A stretch of 64,000 bases of DNA from a bacterium (GTDB lineage Bacteria > Patescibacteriota > Saccharimonadia > Saccharimonadales > UBA4665), in the NCBI GenBank assembly GCA_021783725.1, contig JAJXTN010000004.1, forward strand, positions 12,178 through 76,177, given 5' to 3'. Below, in pieces: positions 8,071-19,310 of the stretch. Positions within the stretch are counted from its first letter, which is position 1, and every line of letters starts with the position of its first letter. Both the position numbers and the translations under genes were made by a program. The notes beneath the pieces were generated by a model that saw only the letters and a list, made by a program, of their open reading frames with translations, did not search any database and was not told the origin of the DNA.

Positions 8071-8637
8071 CTACATGGCTATATTATTGGTCAGAGCCGT
8101 GTAGTCTGGAATTTGGGCTTGGAACAGCTCCAGGTTGACACTCAGGTTGCCACCAAAAGTTTTGGTGCCACCACAACTCGATGTCCATAAGTTTTCTAAC
8201 TGGTTGCCATCTTCGATTAGTTCAAATGTGTAGACTTGGCCCAAAGGACAATAACCGGTCGAATCGGCTAGACTAGGCTTGGCATTGCCTAGAGTGAAGC
8301 CAGCTCGCCCGATGGCATGTAAGAATGAATTATAACTATTTTCGGTGTTGTCAAAGGTCTTACTGTCAACAACCGTTCCGTCATAACCGGTAAAATGTTG
8401 ATAAACGGCCTGGTCTCGGCCGACTGTTATGACAATTGAATTATGGTTCTGAGGGGCGGTAATAGGACCGGTAATGGTCAGCCTAGCGACAGCTGTAGTG
8501 TTAGAGAAACTACTCAAAGACCGTGGTGTAGGAGCTTTAGTTTTATTACCACTTTGAGTTAATAGAAATATCAAGGCAATGATCAGCCCGATAGCTATAA
8601 CTAAACCAATGAAGTAGCGCAAGTAATAATTCTTCAT
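8071..8637 (-). CDS. Hypothetical membrane-anchored/secreted protein
   Basis: N-terminal TM, Thr/Gly-rich domain with a Cys pair; start MKNYY with SD-like AGAGGA (track start 8658). Confidence 0.75.
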   Translation of the reverse strand: MKNYYLRYFIGLVIAIGLIIALIFLLTQSGNKTKAPTPRSLSSFSNTTAVARLTITGPITAPQNHNSIVITVGRDQAVYQHFTGYDGTVVDSKTFDNTENSYNSFLHAIGRAGFTLGNAKPSLADSTGYCPLGQVYTFELIEDGNQLENLWTSSCGGTKTFGGNLSVNLELFQAQIPDYTALTNNIAM

Positions 8638-8744
8638 AACTTCCTCTGTACAAATCATATACTAACACTATTAAGCTAATTTTGCAAACCGCTGATCTAT
8701 TTAACGCTGTCTAAAAAACATAAGCGTGAGATAATAATATTTAT

Positions 8745-9185
8745 ATGACTCTGCGCTATGAAACCGGTATCGCTACCCTAATCCAATTCGTCACATTAAC
8801 TATCTTGAATATCGGCACCGGAACCGTTTCGGCGGTAACCGGTTGTACTAATGGCACAAGTGGATGTGTTACTAGCCTTTTTACTTCTGCAGTTTTCTTC
8901 GTATTGATTAGTATCTGGTTCGGTTTCATTTGGATTCTCGGTTTCGCCGCTCAAGAAACGCGCAGTCGACGCCTGGCTCAAGCCTTAATTATCGCTGAAG
9001 TTTTGGTCATCATGGTCGCCACGCTCAATGCCCGCCATCATACCGATATGCTCAACCTCGTTACCAGCTTGTTAGACATTTGTTTGGCGTTGTGGGTTAT
9101 CTACCTGGCGATCCGATTGATGCAATCTAAGGGTGGTCGAGTCGTCAAAAAAATCAAAGTCCGCCAGCGCTTCATCAAACGCTAA
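8745..9185 (+). CDS. Hypothetical 4-TM membrane protein
   Basis: Four hydrophobic segments and a basic C-terminus. Confidence 0.75.
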   Translation: MTLRYETGIATLIQFVTLTILNIGTGTVSAVTGCTNGTSGCVTSLFTSAVFFVLISIWFGFIWILGFAAQETRSRRLAQALIIAEVLVIMVATLNARHHTDMLNLVTSLLDICLALWVIYLAIRLMQSKGGRVVKKIKVRQRFIKR

Positions 9186-9818
9186 CTATTTCTTTACCGC
9201 CACACACTGCAAGAAACTAGCTGACTTGTCTTTATAATGTTCGGTTAACTCATCCACACTACGCACCTCGAAGGCCAATGACACCAATTTTTCGGCATAT
9301 TCTTGTGTGAAGAAATGCCTGATGTGTCCTTTGCTCGATACGAAGTAATTTGGCTCGATTTCTTGGCCATCACCGTATTCTGGATCATTTACCGTCTTAC
9401 AAGCAAAGCATAATAATCCACCAATTTTCAAAACTCGGGCTATCTCGGCAAACACCCTGACGGTAGTTTCATTATCATAATAATGTAGTGAAAGATGAGC
9501 ATACACGACATCTTGGCTCTGGTCGTCATATGGTAGGGGTGCCGTAATATCAACTAGCGAGAACTCTAAATTATTTTTATCGTTCAGTTGGCGATCTTGG
9601 TCTAGGACTGTTTCCGAGAAATCGGTAGCTATAACGTGGTGGCCTTGGGATGCGAAAAAACTAGCGTCTCCGCCAACGCCACAGCCCAATTCTAATACTT
9701 CTGCTTGGCGCGGGAATTGAGCTTCAACAGCAACTGCGAAAGGTGCCGGTAAGGCCCGAAAATCGGCGTGCTCACCGGCTTGGTGCTTATTATTCCACAT
9801 CTGTTTTTGATCAATCAT
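9186..9818 (-). CDS. Class I SAM-dependent methyltransferase
   Basis: VLELGCGVG, ATDFS, EIARVLKIGG. Confidence 0.9.
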   Translation of the reverse strand: MIDQKQMWNNKHQAGEHADFRALPAPFAVAVEAQFPRQAEVLELGCGVGGDASFFASQGHHVIATDFSETVLDQDRQLNDKNNLEFSLVDITAPLPYDDQSQDVVYAHLSLHYYDNETTVRVFAEIARVLKIGGLLCFACKTVNDPEYGDGQEIEPNYFVSSKGHIRHFFTQEYAEKLVSLAFEVRSVDELTEHYKDKSASFLQCVAVKK

Positions 9819-10336
9819 AATGACTCTGTATTTACATTTTGAAAATAGTAGTCCCAGGCTGGTAGCTCTAACGTAAACAGTTTCTCAGGCGTTTCTTCAT
9901 ATATCTGTTTTACTACTGTGGCGTCCTCCCAGTGGACATTCAATGACTCACCGGCTTGGTCCTGTGGCTCACCATCTTCTACTTCACACCTAAATATGAA
10001 TCCGACCCATGGTCTTCCCTCTCGAAGTTGCTGAGTGCAACAGAATGGTCTGAAACCAAATGCCGCATCAACTCCTTGCGGAGAGTGAACTTTGGTCTGA
10101 GAATCATCAATGATTCGTTTAAGCACCATGCCAGTTTCTTCTTTTATCTCGCGGGCTACGGCGGTATAAACATTCTCGTATTCAATATCCAAAGTCCCAG
10201 CGGCAAATTCAAAAGTTCCGTTATATATCGATTGATACTTGGTATTCCATCGAGTTTGGATTAATAACTGTAACCTACCTTGGTGTTGGCGCTCGACGAT
10301 TGCCGCCACAAACGGTACGCAATATTTTTTATCCAT
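9815..10336 (-). CDS. NUDIX hydrolase
   Basis: AGTLDIEYENVYTAVAREIKEETG Nudix box; start MDKKY just after the polA stop. Confidence 0.9.
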   Translation of the reverse strand: MDKKYCVPFVAAIVERQHQGRLQLLIQTRWNTKYQSIYNGTFEFAAGTLDIEYENVYTAVAREIKEETGMVLKRIIDDSQTKVHSPQGVDAAFGFRPFCCTQQLREGRPWVGFIFRCEVEDGEPQDQAGESLNVHWEDATVVKQIYEETPEKLFTLELPAWDYYFQNVNTESL

Positions 10337-10338
10337 TA

Positions 10339-12990
10339 TTAAAGTTCGCCCCAATTGTCACCGGTACTAACATCAACCGCTAAATGAACCGGAAGTTTAT
10401 AGACATTTTCCATGCTGTTTTTGAGTAGTTCGCTAATCCGATCAGCGTCTTTAGCCGGACATTCAACCAGAATTGAGTCATGAATTTGTAATAACATATG
10501 GCTTTTAGGATATTCATCCAGCAGAATATTTTGAACTTTTATCATCGCAAGCTTCATTAGATCGGCTTCGGTGCCTTGAATCGGCATATTGATAGCGGCT
10601 CTTTCGGCAGATTGGCGAATCACAAAATTGCTGGACAAAATATCGGGCATTGGACGACGTCGACCAAGTAAAGTTTCTACGTAGCCGTCTTCCCTAGCCT
10701 GGACTTTCACCTGATCGATGTAGTCAAACAGTGGTTTACGTAAAGCTTTGTATTTATTAATGAAATCTAAGGCTTGATCATTGGTCATATTGGCCGCCAC
10801 CGACAAACCGTGCGGACTCATGCCATACAATATACCGAAATTGATGACTTTGGCGGCGCCACGCATTTGTTTGGTGACGTCTTCCAACTCACGACCATAA
10901 ACTTGAGCGGCCGTGGCAGTATGAATGTCAGCGCCACGGTTGAACATGTCGATTAATTCGGTGTCATTAGCCAATACAGCCGCCAAGCGCAGTTCGAACT
11001 GAGAATAGTCGGCACTAACTAGCTTCTTGCCAGGCCCAGCTACAAACGACGTCCGAATCCGTCGGCCTAGATCAGTTCTGGTCGGAATATTCTGTAAATT
11101 GGGGTCAGTGCTACTCAATCGACCAGTCTGGGCTATTGTCAGGTTAAATGTCGTGTGTAATCGGGAATGGTCATCGACCATTAACGGCAAAGTGTCGACA
11201 TAAGTATTCTTGAGTTTAGCCACTTCGCGGTACTGAGTAATCAAATCAATTATTGGATGGTCACCGCGCAATTTATCGAGTTCACTGGCGGCCGTGCTAT
11301 AACCAGTTTTGCCTTTTTTGATGAATTTGGTCGGTAGTTTCAGCTTATCGAACAATATTTCGGCTAATTGAGCCGGTGAACTAATGTTGAACTCGGTGTC
11401 AGCATAACCATATATTTGTTGTTCGTAATCTGAGATTAAGTCGTTGATTTCGTCGGCGAATTTGGCTAAATAGTTAGTATCAAGCTCAATTCCGACGTGT
11501 TCCATCTGGGCTAATACTGGTATGACTGGCCATTCGACTTTATCAGCCAGCGCCAGAACGTCAGGTATTTTCTCTAGTTCGGTCATTTGTTGGTGATATA
11601 AGCCCACAATAACAGCCATTACATCTGGCGCTCGCGATAGTAGCTCCTCGTCATCTAAATCTTCGAAATCTGATCCGTCATAGCCGAGGTCGGCTCGCGC
11701 TAAATCGGTCAGGCTTTGTTCTCGGCGCAGAGAATTAATCAGAAAAGCGCCGACTAATACATCATGACTTACAGACGGTAGATTATTGACGCCCAGTTCG
11801 AGAATCAGCTTCAGACTATTCTTCACATCATAGCCAATTAACTTCTTGGTCTGAGCCAAAGATTCAACCAAAGATGTTACGTCAATTTTAGCTAAATCAA
11901 AGCTGTAGGTTGTCTTGCCGTCGGCCGTCAACATCAGTACTTTTGGATCGCGACCGTGTTTGCCAGCCGCTCGTGTATATATATACAATTCTTCAGCTTC
12001 AGGTAGTTGAAATTTAGCCAATTGTTCTTTTGAATTAATCATTACGTTCTGACCGGTGACTAGTGGCGCTCCTATAGTCACCGCCAAACTACTGGCCGGC
12101 ACATTCATGACTTCGGGCAAATGCCGAGCTAAACTTCTAAATTCTAAGTCTTGTAATAATTGAGCGATTTTAATCGGGTCAGCTTTGCTACCATCGACGG
12201 CTTGGAGATCTAACTTAACTGGCGCATCTATCCAGATACGGGCTAATTCTTTACTTAAGTAAGCCATATCTTTTCCGGCAATCAACTTCTTACTGAGCGT
12301 GTCTTTGATAAGTGCTAAATTATCGTATATTCCGTCTAGAGTTTCGTATGTTTTGAGCAGTTCCAGAGCACCTTTTTCGCCGATACCCGGTACGCCTGGG
12401 ATATTATCTGATGAATCGCCTTTCAAAGCTTTGAAATCTAAATATTGATCGACGCGAATACCATGTTTGGCTTCAAAAGTTTTCGGTGAATACAGTTCAA
12501 TATTGCTCAGACCAGTTTTCAACGCGTAAACATGAACGTTGCCGTTCACTAACTGCAACATATCCATATCAGATGTAACTAGCAGTGTATCAAGGCCGGC
12601 CGCCCGCGCCTGAACTGCCAAAGCGCCCATAATATCGTCGGCTTCGTAATCGTCTAGCTCGTATAATGGCCAGCCGAAGGCATCAAGTAATTCATGGAGT
12701 ATCGGAATTTGTTCATAGAAATCTGGTGGCGGCGGTTTACGTCCAGCTTTGTATTCTGGGTACATTGCCAGTCGTTTGCGAATATTGGTTTTGGGCTTAT
12801 CCCAAGCCACTGCCACATAATCCGGCTTCAACCTTTTGATAACTTCTAGAGCCATAGTCGCGAAGCCAAAAACGCCACCGGTCGGTCGACCATCTTTAGT
12901 GCCAAGATTAGGCATGGCGTAATAACCACGGTAAAAAACACTTTTACCGTCAATGATTACAAACTTCTTGGGCGCCACATCATCACTCAT
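10339..12990 (-). CDS. polA: DNA polymerase I (3'-5' exonuclease domain degenerate)
   Basis: YEADDIMG, GDSSDNIPGVPGIGEK, TGRLSSTDPNLQNIP, ADYSQFELR, LLQIHDS. Confidence 0.98.
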   Translation of the reverse strand: MSDDVAPKKFVIIDGKSVFYRGYYAMPNLGTKDGRPTGGVFGFATMALEVIKRLKPDYVAVAWDKPKTNIRKRLAMYPEYKAGRKPPPPDFYEQIPILHELLDAFGWPLYELDDYEADDIMGALAVQARAAGLDTLLVTSDMDMLQLVNGNVHVYALKTGLSNIELYSPKTFEAKHGIRVDQYLDFKALKGDSSDNIPGVPGIGEKGALELLKTYETLDGIYDNLALIKDTLSKKLIAGKDMAYLSKELARIWIDAPVKLDLQAVDGSKADPIKIAQLLQDLEFRSLARHLPEVMNVPASSLAVTIGAPLVTGQNVMINSKEQLAKFQLPEAEELYIYTRAAGKHGRDPKVLMLTADGKTTYSFDLAKIDVTSLVESLAQTKKLIGYDVKNSLKLILELGVNNLPSVSHDVLVGAFLINSLRREQSLTDLARADLGYDGSDFEDLDDEELLSRAPDVMAVIVGLYHQQMTELEKIPDVLALADKVEWPVIPVLAQMEHVGIELDTNYLAKFADEINDLISDYEQQIYGYADTEFNISSPAQLAEILFDKLKLPTKFIKKGKTGYSTAASELDKLRGDHPIIDLITQYREVAKLKNTYVDTLPLMVDDHSRLHTTFNLTIAQTGRLSSTDPNLQNIPTRTDLGRRIRTSFVAGPGKKLVSADYSQFELRLAAVLANDTELIDMFNRGADIHTATAAQVYGRELEDVTKQMRGAAKVINFGILYGMSPHGLSVAANMTNDQALDFINKYKALRKPLFDYIDQVKVQAREDGYVETLLGRRRPMPDILSSNFVIRQSAERAAINMPIQGTEADLMKLAMIKVQNILLDEYPKSHMLLQIHDSILVECPAKDADRISELLKNSMENVYKLPVHLAVDVSTGDNWGEL

Positions 12991-13103
12991 TCTTTAAGTA
13001 TAGCCCACCGTCGTTATCCAAGCACAACCGAAAAAGTAATCTTACATAATATGCGCGACAGTATTAATAGCCTTAGCAATCGTATTCCGGTACCTATTTG
13101 TTT

Positions 13104-13988
13104 TTATAAGTCTTGTTGGGCTTCAAGAATAGATTTAGCCGTGACAGCAACTTGGCGTAAGCCAGTCTGGGCTTTTTGGTATCTCAGTGGCTTAGCATCT
13201 TGTTTCTGGCTTCGTGAGACTGGGAGACTATCCGTCATCACAAACATTTGTGGGTTGCTTGGGTCACTATCAAAATCTGGTCGGATAGCTCGAGCCGCGT
13301 GACGCAGTTGAACAGCTAACTGAATTCCAGCGTTAGCTACCCGAACGGCCGCGATTCGCCCATCGAGCAAGTGTGGATTCCTATCAAAAAAATCGATTGC
13401 CAAGGTCTCACCTTTTGTTCCTGCGTAGGTCGATGGCAATACGTCAAAACCTCTTTCAACTAGTTTTCGCTGGACTACGCCAGCAGCATATTCGGCCTCT
13501 GTAGGGTAACGTTTAAATGTTTCGAAGACAGCTTTAACGTTGGGGTTTGGTTTCTCCGTGACGGAGTCCATGATTCGCTCACCAGCAAAGATATATACCG
13601 GCGCTTTTGTCCCATAGCTAGCCAACTTGTTGGCCGCCCTATCTTGCCAGTTAGCAACTGCTCCAGTTAATACGTATCCGTCAAGTTTACGCGGTGTAGC
13701 GCGAAGTTGTGGCGTCCACAAACTTCGATTAAGGGCCTTCTGGACTCCAGATTGATCTAGATAATCAGCCATTTCTGTAGGACTTAAAGCCTGCACTGGT
13801 TCGTTAGCCCGTAAAACTTCATTCTTGCCAAGCTTTCCGACCAACTCACCAAGCACTTCTACGGTCGGCTCGGCGCCGTGGTCTATAGCAAACCTATCAG
13901 CTAGCTCAGATATTAAATTATCAGCCAGTGAATAAACACTATCTGTTTGTAACTCGAAATTACTGAAATCTCGTTGTTGTTCACTCAT
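13104..13988 (-). CDS. Hypothetical protein (294 aa)
   Basis: Long ORF with SD AAGGAG and a consensus promoter; no family recognised. Confidence 0.8.
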   Translation of the reverse strand: MSEQQRDFSNFELQTDSVYSLADNLISELADRFAIDHGAEPTVEVLGELVGKLGKNEVLRANEPVQALSPTEMADYLDQSGVQKALNRSLWTPQLRATPRKLDGYVLTGAVANWQDRAANKLASYGTKAPVYIFAGERIMDSVTEKPNPNVKAVFETFKRYPTEAEYAAGVVQRKLVERGFDVLPSTYAGTKGETLAIDFFDRNPHLLDGRIAAVRVANAGIQLAVQLRHAARAIRPDFDSDPSNPQMFVMTDSLPVSRSQKQDAKPLRYQKAQTGLRQVAVTAKSILEAQQDL

Positions 13989-14016
13989 AAACTTCTCCTT
14001 GCAACTTAGATTGCGT

Positions 14017-14045
14017 ATTATATATCCTTAATCGATATATGTCAA
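14017..14045 (-). promoter_or_regulatory. Perfect-consensus sigma70 promoter TTGACA-17-TATAAT for the 13104-13988 gene
   Basis: Minus strand TTGACAtatatcgattaaggataTATAAT. Confidence 0.85.
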
Positions 14046-14066
14046 TACTACATTCACTAATATTTC

Positions 14067-14103
14067 TAAATCACACAGTTGTTATATGTCTTTTTGTGAT
14101 TTA
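14067..14103. promoter_or_regulatory. Inverted repeat TAAATCACA-N19-TGTGATTTA, candidate operator in a divergent promoter region
   Basis: 9-bp perfect arms between the hypothetical gene and the TrmB-like regulator. Confidence 0.45.
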
Positions 14104-14142
14104 CATATTCACATTTATATAAATACATGCTACTATTAATTC

Positions 14143-14934
14143 ATGAAACCACTTTTGATAACACTGGGCCTATCCGAGCTACAGGCCGAAACCTACCTTT
14201 TTCTTATCGAAAACGGCTCCGAGGCGCCACCCAAAATTGCCGCCAAATTACATATGACCAGATCGAATGCTTACAAAGTTTTAGACTCGCTTGAAGGCCT
14301 AGGGTTAGTCAGCAAATCCGAATTAAATAAAAAGTTCGTATATCGAGCTTCCGAACCGACTGCCCTGTCGACTTTAGTTGCCGAGAAGCGTAACCAAGCT
14401 CTAGTTATGGAACATAATGCCCAGACGGCTATCAGAGAGTTAAACAAACTGCTAAAAACTACCGATAACAGCTCTAGAGTAGATTTAAAAACTGGCGAAA
14501 AAGCCATGTTGAGCGCTTATGAGGTCCAGGCCAGCAGCGGCCAGCCTATACATTTCATAAAAACCCGTGCTGATATACCATTTATGGGATTTGAATCGAT
14601 GGATAAAATCAGACGGCTGGTTAGCGACACCAAGACTCAGAGGTTCGGCATAACTCCCGACGCTGTCGAAGCCCCGATCAATCCGATAATCGACAAGCAA
14701 TCCAACTTACATAGAACTTGGATGCCGAGCGAAGCTTATGCCTCACCAGTCGAGTGGACAGTTAGTGGTAGCCAACTATTAATTCAAGTATTTGACGCTA
14801 AGGGTCGAGTGATTGAAATAAACGATCGACTCGTTGCTGACAGTTTCAAACAGCTTTGGGGGTTAATTGACAGTGGATTAAAGTCGAGCTCCGACTATAA
14901 CAAAATGCCAAGAATTGCTCGCCGAGAGATATAA
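14143..14934 (+). CDS. TrmB-family HTH transcriptional regulator
   Basis: LGLSELQAETYLFL...IAAKLHMTRSNAYKVLDSLEGLGLV TrmB wHTH, then coiled coil and effector domain. Confidence 0.85.
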   Translation: MKPLLITLGLSELQAETYLFLIENGSEAPPKIAAKLHMTRSNAYKVLDSLEGLGLVSKSELNKKFVYRASEPTALSTLVAEKRNQALVMEHNAQTAIRELNKLLKTTDNSSRVDLKTGEKAMLSAYEVQASSGQPIHFIKTRADIPFMGFESMDKIRRLVSDTKTQRFGITPDAVEAPINPIIDKQSNLHRTWMPSEAYASPVEWTVSGSQLLIQVFDAKGRVIEINDRLVADSFKQLWGLIDSGLKSSSDYNKMPRIARREI

Positions 14935-14938
14935 GCGA

Positions 14939-15535
14939 TTACTTGAGGTTGAGTTTTTGGGTGATTTCGGTTGCCAGACTGGCTAAATCACTGCCGCCGT
15001 TGTCGATAAACACATCGCTGCGCTGTTTGACCGAAGCGCCGTCTAAAACAGCTGAATCACTGCCAGCTGGGGCGTGCATTTCTGCCTCTTCTTCAGCCAT
15101 GAATTGTTCGAAAGTCTTATTGTCTTCTTCGGCCCGATTGCGGCTGGCGGCGTTGGCTTGAACCCGATGGTAACGGACTTCTGGATCGGCATCAATCCAC
15201 ACCACCGTACCGCCAAATTCATGAATTCGGTCAGCTTCACCAGGGTTACGCAAACTAGCAATCACCACACCAGCATATTGATCGCTCTGCTTCTCATATT
15301 CGGCAATCGCTTTATCGATTAATACGCCTAGGCCCAGTTCGCGACGCCATTCGGCGCTAATTGTTCGCAGGACTTCCCTTTCCACCGGCTGATTGCGTCG
15401 TTTGGCTTCATTGCGCAATAATTCAGTTACCGAGATAAATAAATAGCCGTGATTTTCTGCCAGCATATTACCGACTGTATCTTTGCCGGATCCATTAGTT
15501 CCAGCTAGCCCAATAAACTTCAACTTCTTATCCAT
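14939..15535 (-). CDS. P-loop NMP kinase-like / dephospho-CoA kinase-like protein
   Basis: IGLAGTNGSGKDT Walker A; LRNPGE; VWIDADPEVRYHR. Confidence 0.8.
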   Translation of the reverse strand: MDKKLKFIGLAGTNGSGKDTVGNMLAENHGYLFISVTELLRNEAKRRNQPVEREVLRTISAEWRRELGLGVLIDKAIAEYEKQSDQYAGVVIASLRNPGEADRIHEFGGTVVWIDADPEVRYHRVQANAASRNRAEEDNKTFEQFMAEEEAEMHAPAGSDSAVLDGASVKQRSDVFIDNGGSDLASLATEITQKLNLK

Positions 15536-15609
15536 TCAATCATTTTACCAAGAAAATACTATTACGCCCTGTAAATAAATTATTGGCTTCCTGCTGTATG
15601 ATAAATCCT

Positions 15610-16221
15610 ATGACCAACCAGCCCGTACCCCAACCGCCCAACATCGACCGTCTGCTAGATTTGCAAAAATTCTTGCTCCAATTCCAGTCGATTGACCGAG
15701 TAATCCATCTGAAACACAAAGACGATTATCCTAATGAGAATGACGTCGAACACAGCTACTCACTGGCGATGCTAGCCTGGTTTCTAGCTGGCCACTTCCC
15801 CGAACTGGATAAAGACAAAGTCATCCGCTACGCGCTGGTGCATGATCTAGTCGAAGTCTATGCCGGTGACACTTATATATTTGCTGACTCGGCTCACTTG
15901 AATAGTAAACACCAGCGCGAAAAAGACGCCCTCGAGAGAATCAACGCTGAATGGGCCGATTTTCCAGATATGACTAACGATATCACTGAATATGAAACTA
16001 GGAACTCTCCGGAGGCAAAATTCATCTACGCATTAGACAAAATAGCCCCAATAATGATCAATATCATCAATAAGGGCTACACTTGGCACCAAGAAAAAAT
16101 TAGCCTAGACCAACTTCACTCCAACAAAGCCAACAAAGTTCTAACTTCGCCAGAAATCAAACCGTACTACGACCAGCTGTACGCCATCATGCAAGCTAAT
16201 CCCCAGTTTTTCTCTGAATAA
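15610..16221 (+). CDS. HD-domain phosphohydrolase (YfbR/HDDC2-like 5'-deoxynucleotidase)
   Basis: ENDVEHSY, ALVHDLVEVYAGD, EAKFIYALDK; start 15610 follows TATGAT-7nt (track start 15583). Confidence 0.88.
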   Translation: MTNQPVPQPPNIDRLLDLQKFLLQFQSIDRVIHLKHKDDYPNENDVEHSYSLAMLAWFLAGHFPELDKDKVIRYALVHDLVEVYAGDTYIFADSAHLNSKHQREKDALERINAEWADFPDMTNDITEYETRNSPEAKFIYALDKIAPIMINIINKGYTWHQEKISLDQLHSNKANKVLTSPEIKPYYDQLYAIMQANPQFFSE

Positions 16222-16286
16222 TTTAGAGTAATCCTGTGCGAAACATTCAATATTCCCCATTCCCCACTCATCATTCATAATTCTAA

Positions 16287-17414
16287 TTATTTAATGTAAT
16301 CGTGGAGCTTCTTGGCGTCGCGGTGCTTGCGCAGTTTAGCCAAAGCTTTAGCTTCGATCTGACGAATGCGCTCGCGAGTGACTGAGAATTCTTGACCAAC
16401 TTCTTCTAATGTGTGGCTTTTACCGTCTTCCAGACCAAAACGCAGTTTGAGAATCTTCTGTTCGCGTTCAGTTAGGGCTGACAACATATCCTTGACCTGC
16501 TCTTTTAATAGCTGGCCGGTAGCTGATTCTTCAGGACTAACGGTGTCTTCGTCTTCGATGAAATCAGCTAAAACGGAATCTTCTTCGTCATCACGAATCG
16601 AAGCATCAAGCGAAGATATATCTTGTTTAATCTTCATGATGTGTTCGACTTTGTCGACGTCAATCTCCATAGCTTTGGCAATTTCGTCATTACTCGGTTC
16701 ACGGTTCAACTCTTGAGTTAAACGACGCTGAGTGCGGAGTAATTTGTTGATCGTTTCGACCATGTGCACTGGGATACGAATCGTTCGGGCTTGGTCGGCG
16801 ATGGCTCGGGTAATCGCTTGGCGAATCCACCAAGTGGCATAAGTACTGAATTTGAAACCTTTATCTGGATCAAATTTCTCAACCGCACGTAGTAAACCAG
16901 TGTTACCTTCTTGAATTAGATCAAGTAGGTCTAGACCGCGTCCAACGTAGCGCTTAGCAATCGAAACTACTAAACGCATGTTGGCTTCAGCCATTTGGTC
17001 TTTAGCATCCTTATCGCCGGCCACGACACGTTGAGCTAGGGCTAACTCTTGTTCGGAGTTAAGTAGAGGGATCTTACCGATTTCACGTAAGTACAGACGA
17101 ACCGAGTCGTCGGCAACGTCATCATCAAGATAAACGGCCGTGTCAGTCGCTACTTCCTCTTCGCCTTCTTCAGCAACCCATTCATCGGTAAAGTTTTCGG
17201 CATCTGGCTCAGTAGTCGTGATTTCGATATTAGCGTCAGCTAATTCGGTATACAAAGTATCGAGAGCTTCGGCATTTTCGACAGTTTCTGGGAAAATCGC
17301 AAAAATATCTCTAGCTTCTACATGACCGTCTTTCTTGGCCTTTTCAATTAATTTGGCACGTTGTTGTTCTAGGTCTTTTGGACCAGGTGTAGATTTATCT
17401 TTCGCTTTCGCCAC
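16287..17414 (-). CDS. rpoD: RNA polymerase primary sigma factor RpoD/SigA
   Basis: [56 protein letters not shown]; downstream of dnaG. Confidence 0.98.
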   Translation of the reverse strand: MAKAKDKSTPGPKDLEQQRAKLIEKAKKDGHVEARDIFAIFPETVENAEALDTLYTELADANIEITTTEPDAENFTDEWVAEEGEEEVATDTAVYLDDDVADDSVRLYLREIGKIPLLNSEQELALAQRVVAGDKDAKDQMAEANMRLVVSIAKRYVGRGLDLLDLIQEGNTGLLRAVEKFDPDKGFKFSTYATWWIRQAITRAIADQARTIRIPVHMVETINKLLRTQRRLTQELNREPSNDEIAKAMEIDVDKVEHIMKIKQDISSLDASIRDDEEDSVLADFIEDEDTVSPEESATGQLLKEQVKDMLSALTEREQKILKLRFGLEDGKSHTLEEVGQEFSVTRERIRQIEAKALAKLRKHRDAKKLHDYIK

Positions 17415-19176
17415 GGGCGGCTCCTTTGACTTGATTAAGTAGTTGGTCGTATTTTTTTACTTGGCCTAGCAGTTCTCTAGTAGCTGTCTCATCGGACGCC
17501 TCAAGCAATCCTGACAGTTGTTCTTTTTTGCTTTTTACAAAATTTGCTATCAATCGTGCCTGCAATCGAGCTGCTTCATAGTGAAGTTCATTAAGCTCAA
17601 GGCCCTGATAGAGTTCCTCGTAGAGTAATGCTTGTATTTTAACATAATCTGCCAGATTTTGCAGGTCTTTGGACTTCTCTAGCTTGCCATGAAAATCTGG
17701 ATTGGCCTGCAAAAACAATAGCAAGGTCCGACCTTGAGCAGTGAACAGCATTTTTGGGGTGATAATATCCATAAATTCTCGGAGCGTCGGGCGCATCAAC
17801 ATTAGACTAAGGAAATTATCTTGGGCGCGCTGATTTTCGACTGCTACTTTATCGATTTTAGCCTGATCGGGCTTGACGCGGCGCTGGCGAACGGCTGTTT
17901 CCGGACCGGAGGTTTTTTGAAATTTCTGAGTCAAAGCTTCTTTACTAACACCGATTTTAGTGGCAATCGAAGTCAGATAGTGATCTTTTTCTACCGGATC
18001 GGCTAATGACCGGACAACCGGTAATAATACATCGCTAAATTCCCGCTTACCGACGGCCGATTTTAAATCAAGTTTCGATTCATAAAGATCGGTCAGCCAA
18101 TCAAGCGCATATTTATGATCATTTATGGCTTTATCCCAGAGTTTAGGGTCTTGTTTGATCAATTCATCGGGGTCTTTGCCACTCGGAATATCAATGATGC
18201 TTAGCGATACTTTAACCCGACTAGCGATCGGTATCGCCCGCTCAGTAGCCGCCACGCCGGCTTTATCAGCATCAAACGCTAAACGAATGTCACCAGTGAA
18301 TCGACTCAAAGCCTTAAGATGCGGTTCAGTCAGGGCCGTACCAGCGGTCGCCACTACTTGGCGAATACCGGCCTGATGACTGGCGATGACGTCTAAATTG
18401 CCTTCGACCAGAACGGCATACTTGGTTTTGCGAATACTATCTTTGGCTAGATGTAAGCCATAGATGTGACGACTTTTATCATACAGAACAGTTTGCGGAG
18501 TATTGATATACTTCGGCGCTTTGGGGTCATCGTCGAGCTGTCGAGCTGTAAAACCGATAACTTTACCCTGCTGATCTTGGAGTGGAATCATTAATCGACC
18601 CCGGAACATATCTTGGACCCCGCCTTTGTAATTTTGAGCACTCAAGCCAGCTTGTTTGATTTCAATTTCGTTAAACTGCTTGGATTTCAAAAATTCTAAT
18701 AGCGCTGAACCATTATTCGGCGAATAGCCTAATCGCCATTCCAGTGCTGTGGCTTTAGTGAATAAGCGTTTCTTGAAGACATATTCTAACGCCAGCTGAT
18801 TCTTAGAAAATTGGACTTGATAGAAGTGAGCGGCGGCTTCCAGTACTGCATATAGTCGATTCTTATCAGGCCCCCCTCGAGACGATGAAGTTCGAAACTG
18901 CTCGATATCAATGCCGGCTTTACGAGCCAACAGCTCCAGAGCTTCTTTGAATTCCAGGCCTTCGACTTCCATTATGAAGCTAAATATATTGCCACCCTTA
19001 CCTGAGCTGAAGTCATGCCATATCTGTTTTTCGGGACTAACTACAAAGCTCGGCGTCCTTTCATTACTGAACGGGCTCAGACCCTTCCAGTTACGCCCAG
19101 CTCTTTTCAGCTGAACATATTCACCGATAACATCCTCTATCGCCAGTCTAGCTTTTACCTCTTCAACAGCATCCAT
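17395..19176 (-). CDS. dnaG: DNA primase
   Basis: [40 protein letters not shown]. Confidence 0.98.
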   Translation of the reverse strand: MDAVEEVKARLAIEDVIGEYVQLKRAGRNWKGLSPFSNERTPSFVVSPEKQIWHDFSSGKGGNIFSFIMEVEGLEFKEALELLARKAGIDIEQFRTSSSRGGPDKNRLYAVLEAAAHFYQVQFSKNQLALEYVFKKRLFTKATALEWRLGYSPNNGSALLEFLKSKQFNEIEIKQAGLSAQNYKGGVQDMFRGRLMIPLQDQQGKVIGFTARQLDDDPKAPKYINTPQTVLYDKSRHIYGLHLAKDSIRKTKYAVLVEGNLDVIASHQAGIRQVVATAGTALTEPHLKALSRFTGDIRLAFDADKAGVAATERAIPIASRVKVSLSIIDIPSGKDPDELIKQDPKLWDKAINDHKYALDWLTDLYESKLDLKSAVGKREFSDVLLPVVRSLADPVEKDHYLTSIATKIGVSKEALTQKFQKTSGPETAVRQRRVKPDQAKIDKVAVENQRAQDNFLSLMLMRPTLREFMDIITPKMLFTAQGRTLLLFLQANPDFHGKLEKSKDLQNLADYVKIQALLYEELYQGLELNELHYEAARLQARLIANFVKSKKEQLSGLLEASDETATRELLGQVKKYDQLLNQVKGAARGESER

Positions 19177-19310
19177 GCATATAGCTTATAGCTTTTAGAC
19201 ACAAGCTCATAACATGAGCGGTTTAAGACATGGAGTTGACGTAGTGTTCGCTAACTAACTTCAACATTCTAAGATAGCTCTGTTTCAATTCTTATGGTTA
19301 AATTATATCC

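Noticed and set aside
11600..12100. Loss of proofreading motifs in PolA as a novelty
   Set aside because: Degenerate 3'-5' exonuclease domains are common in bacterial Pol I.
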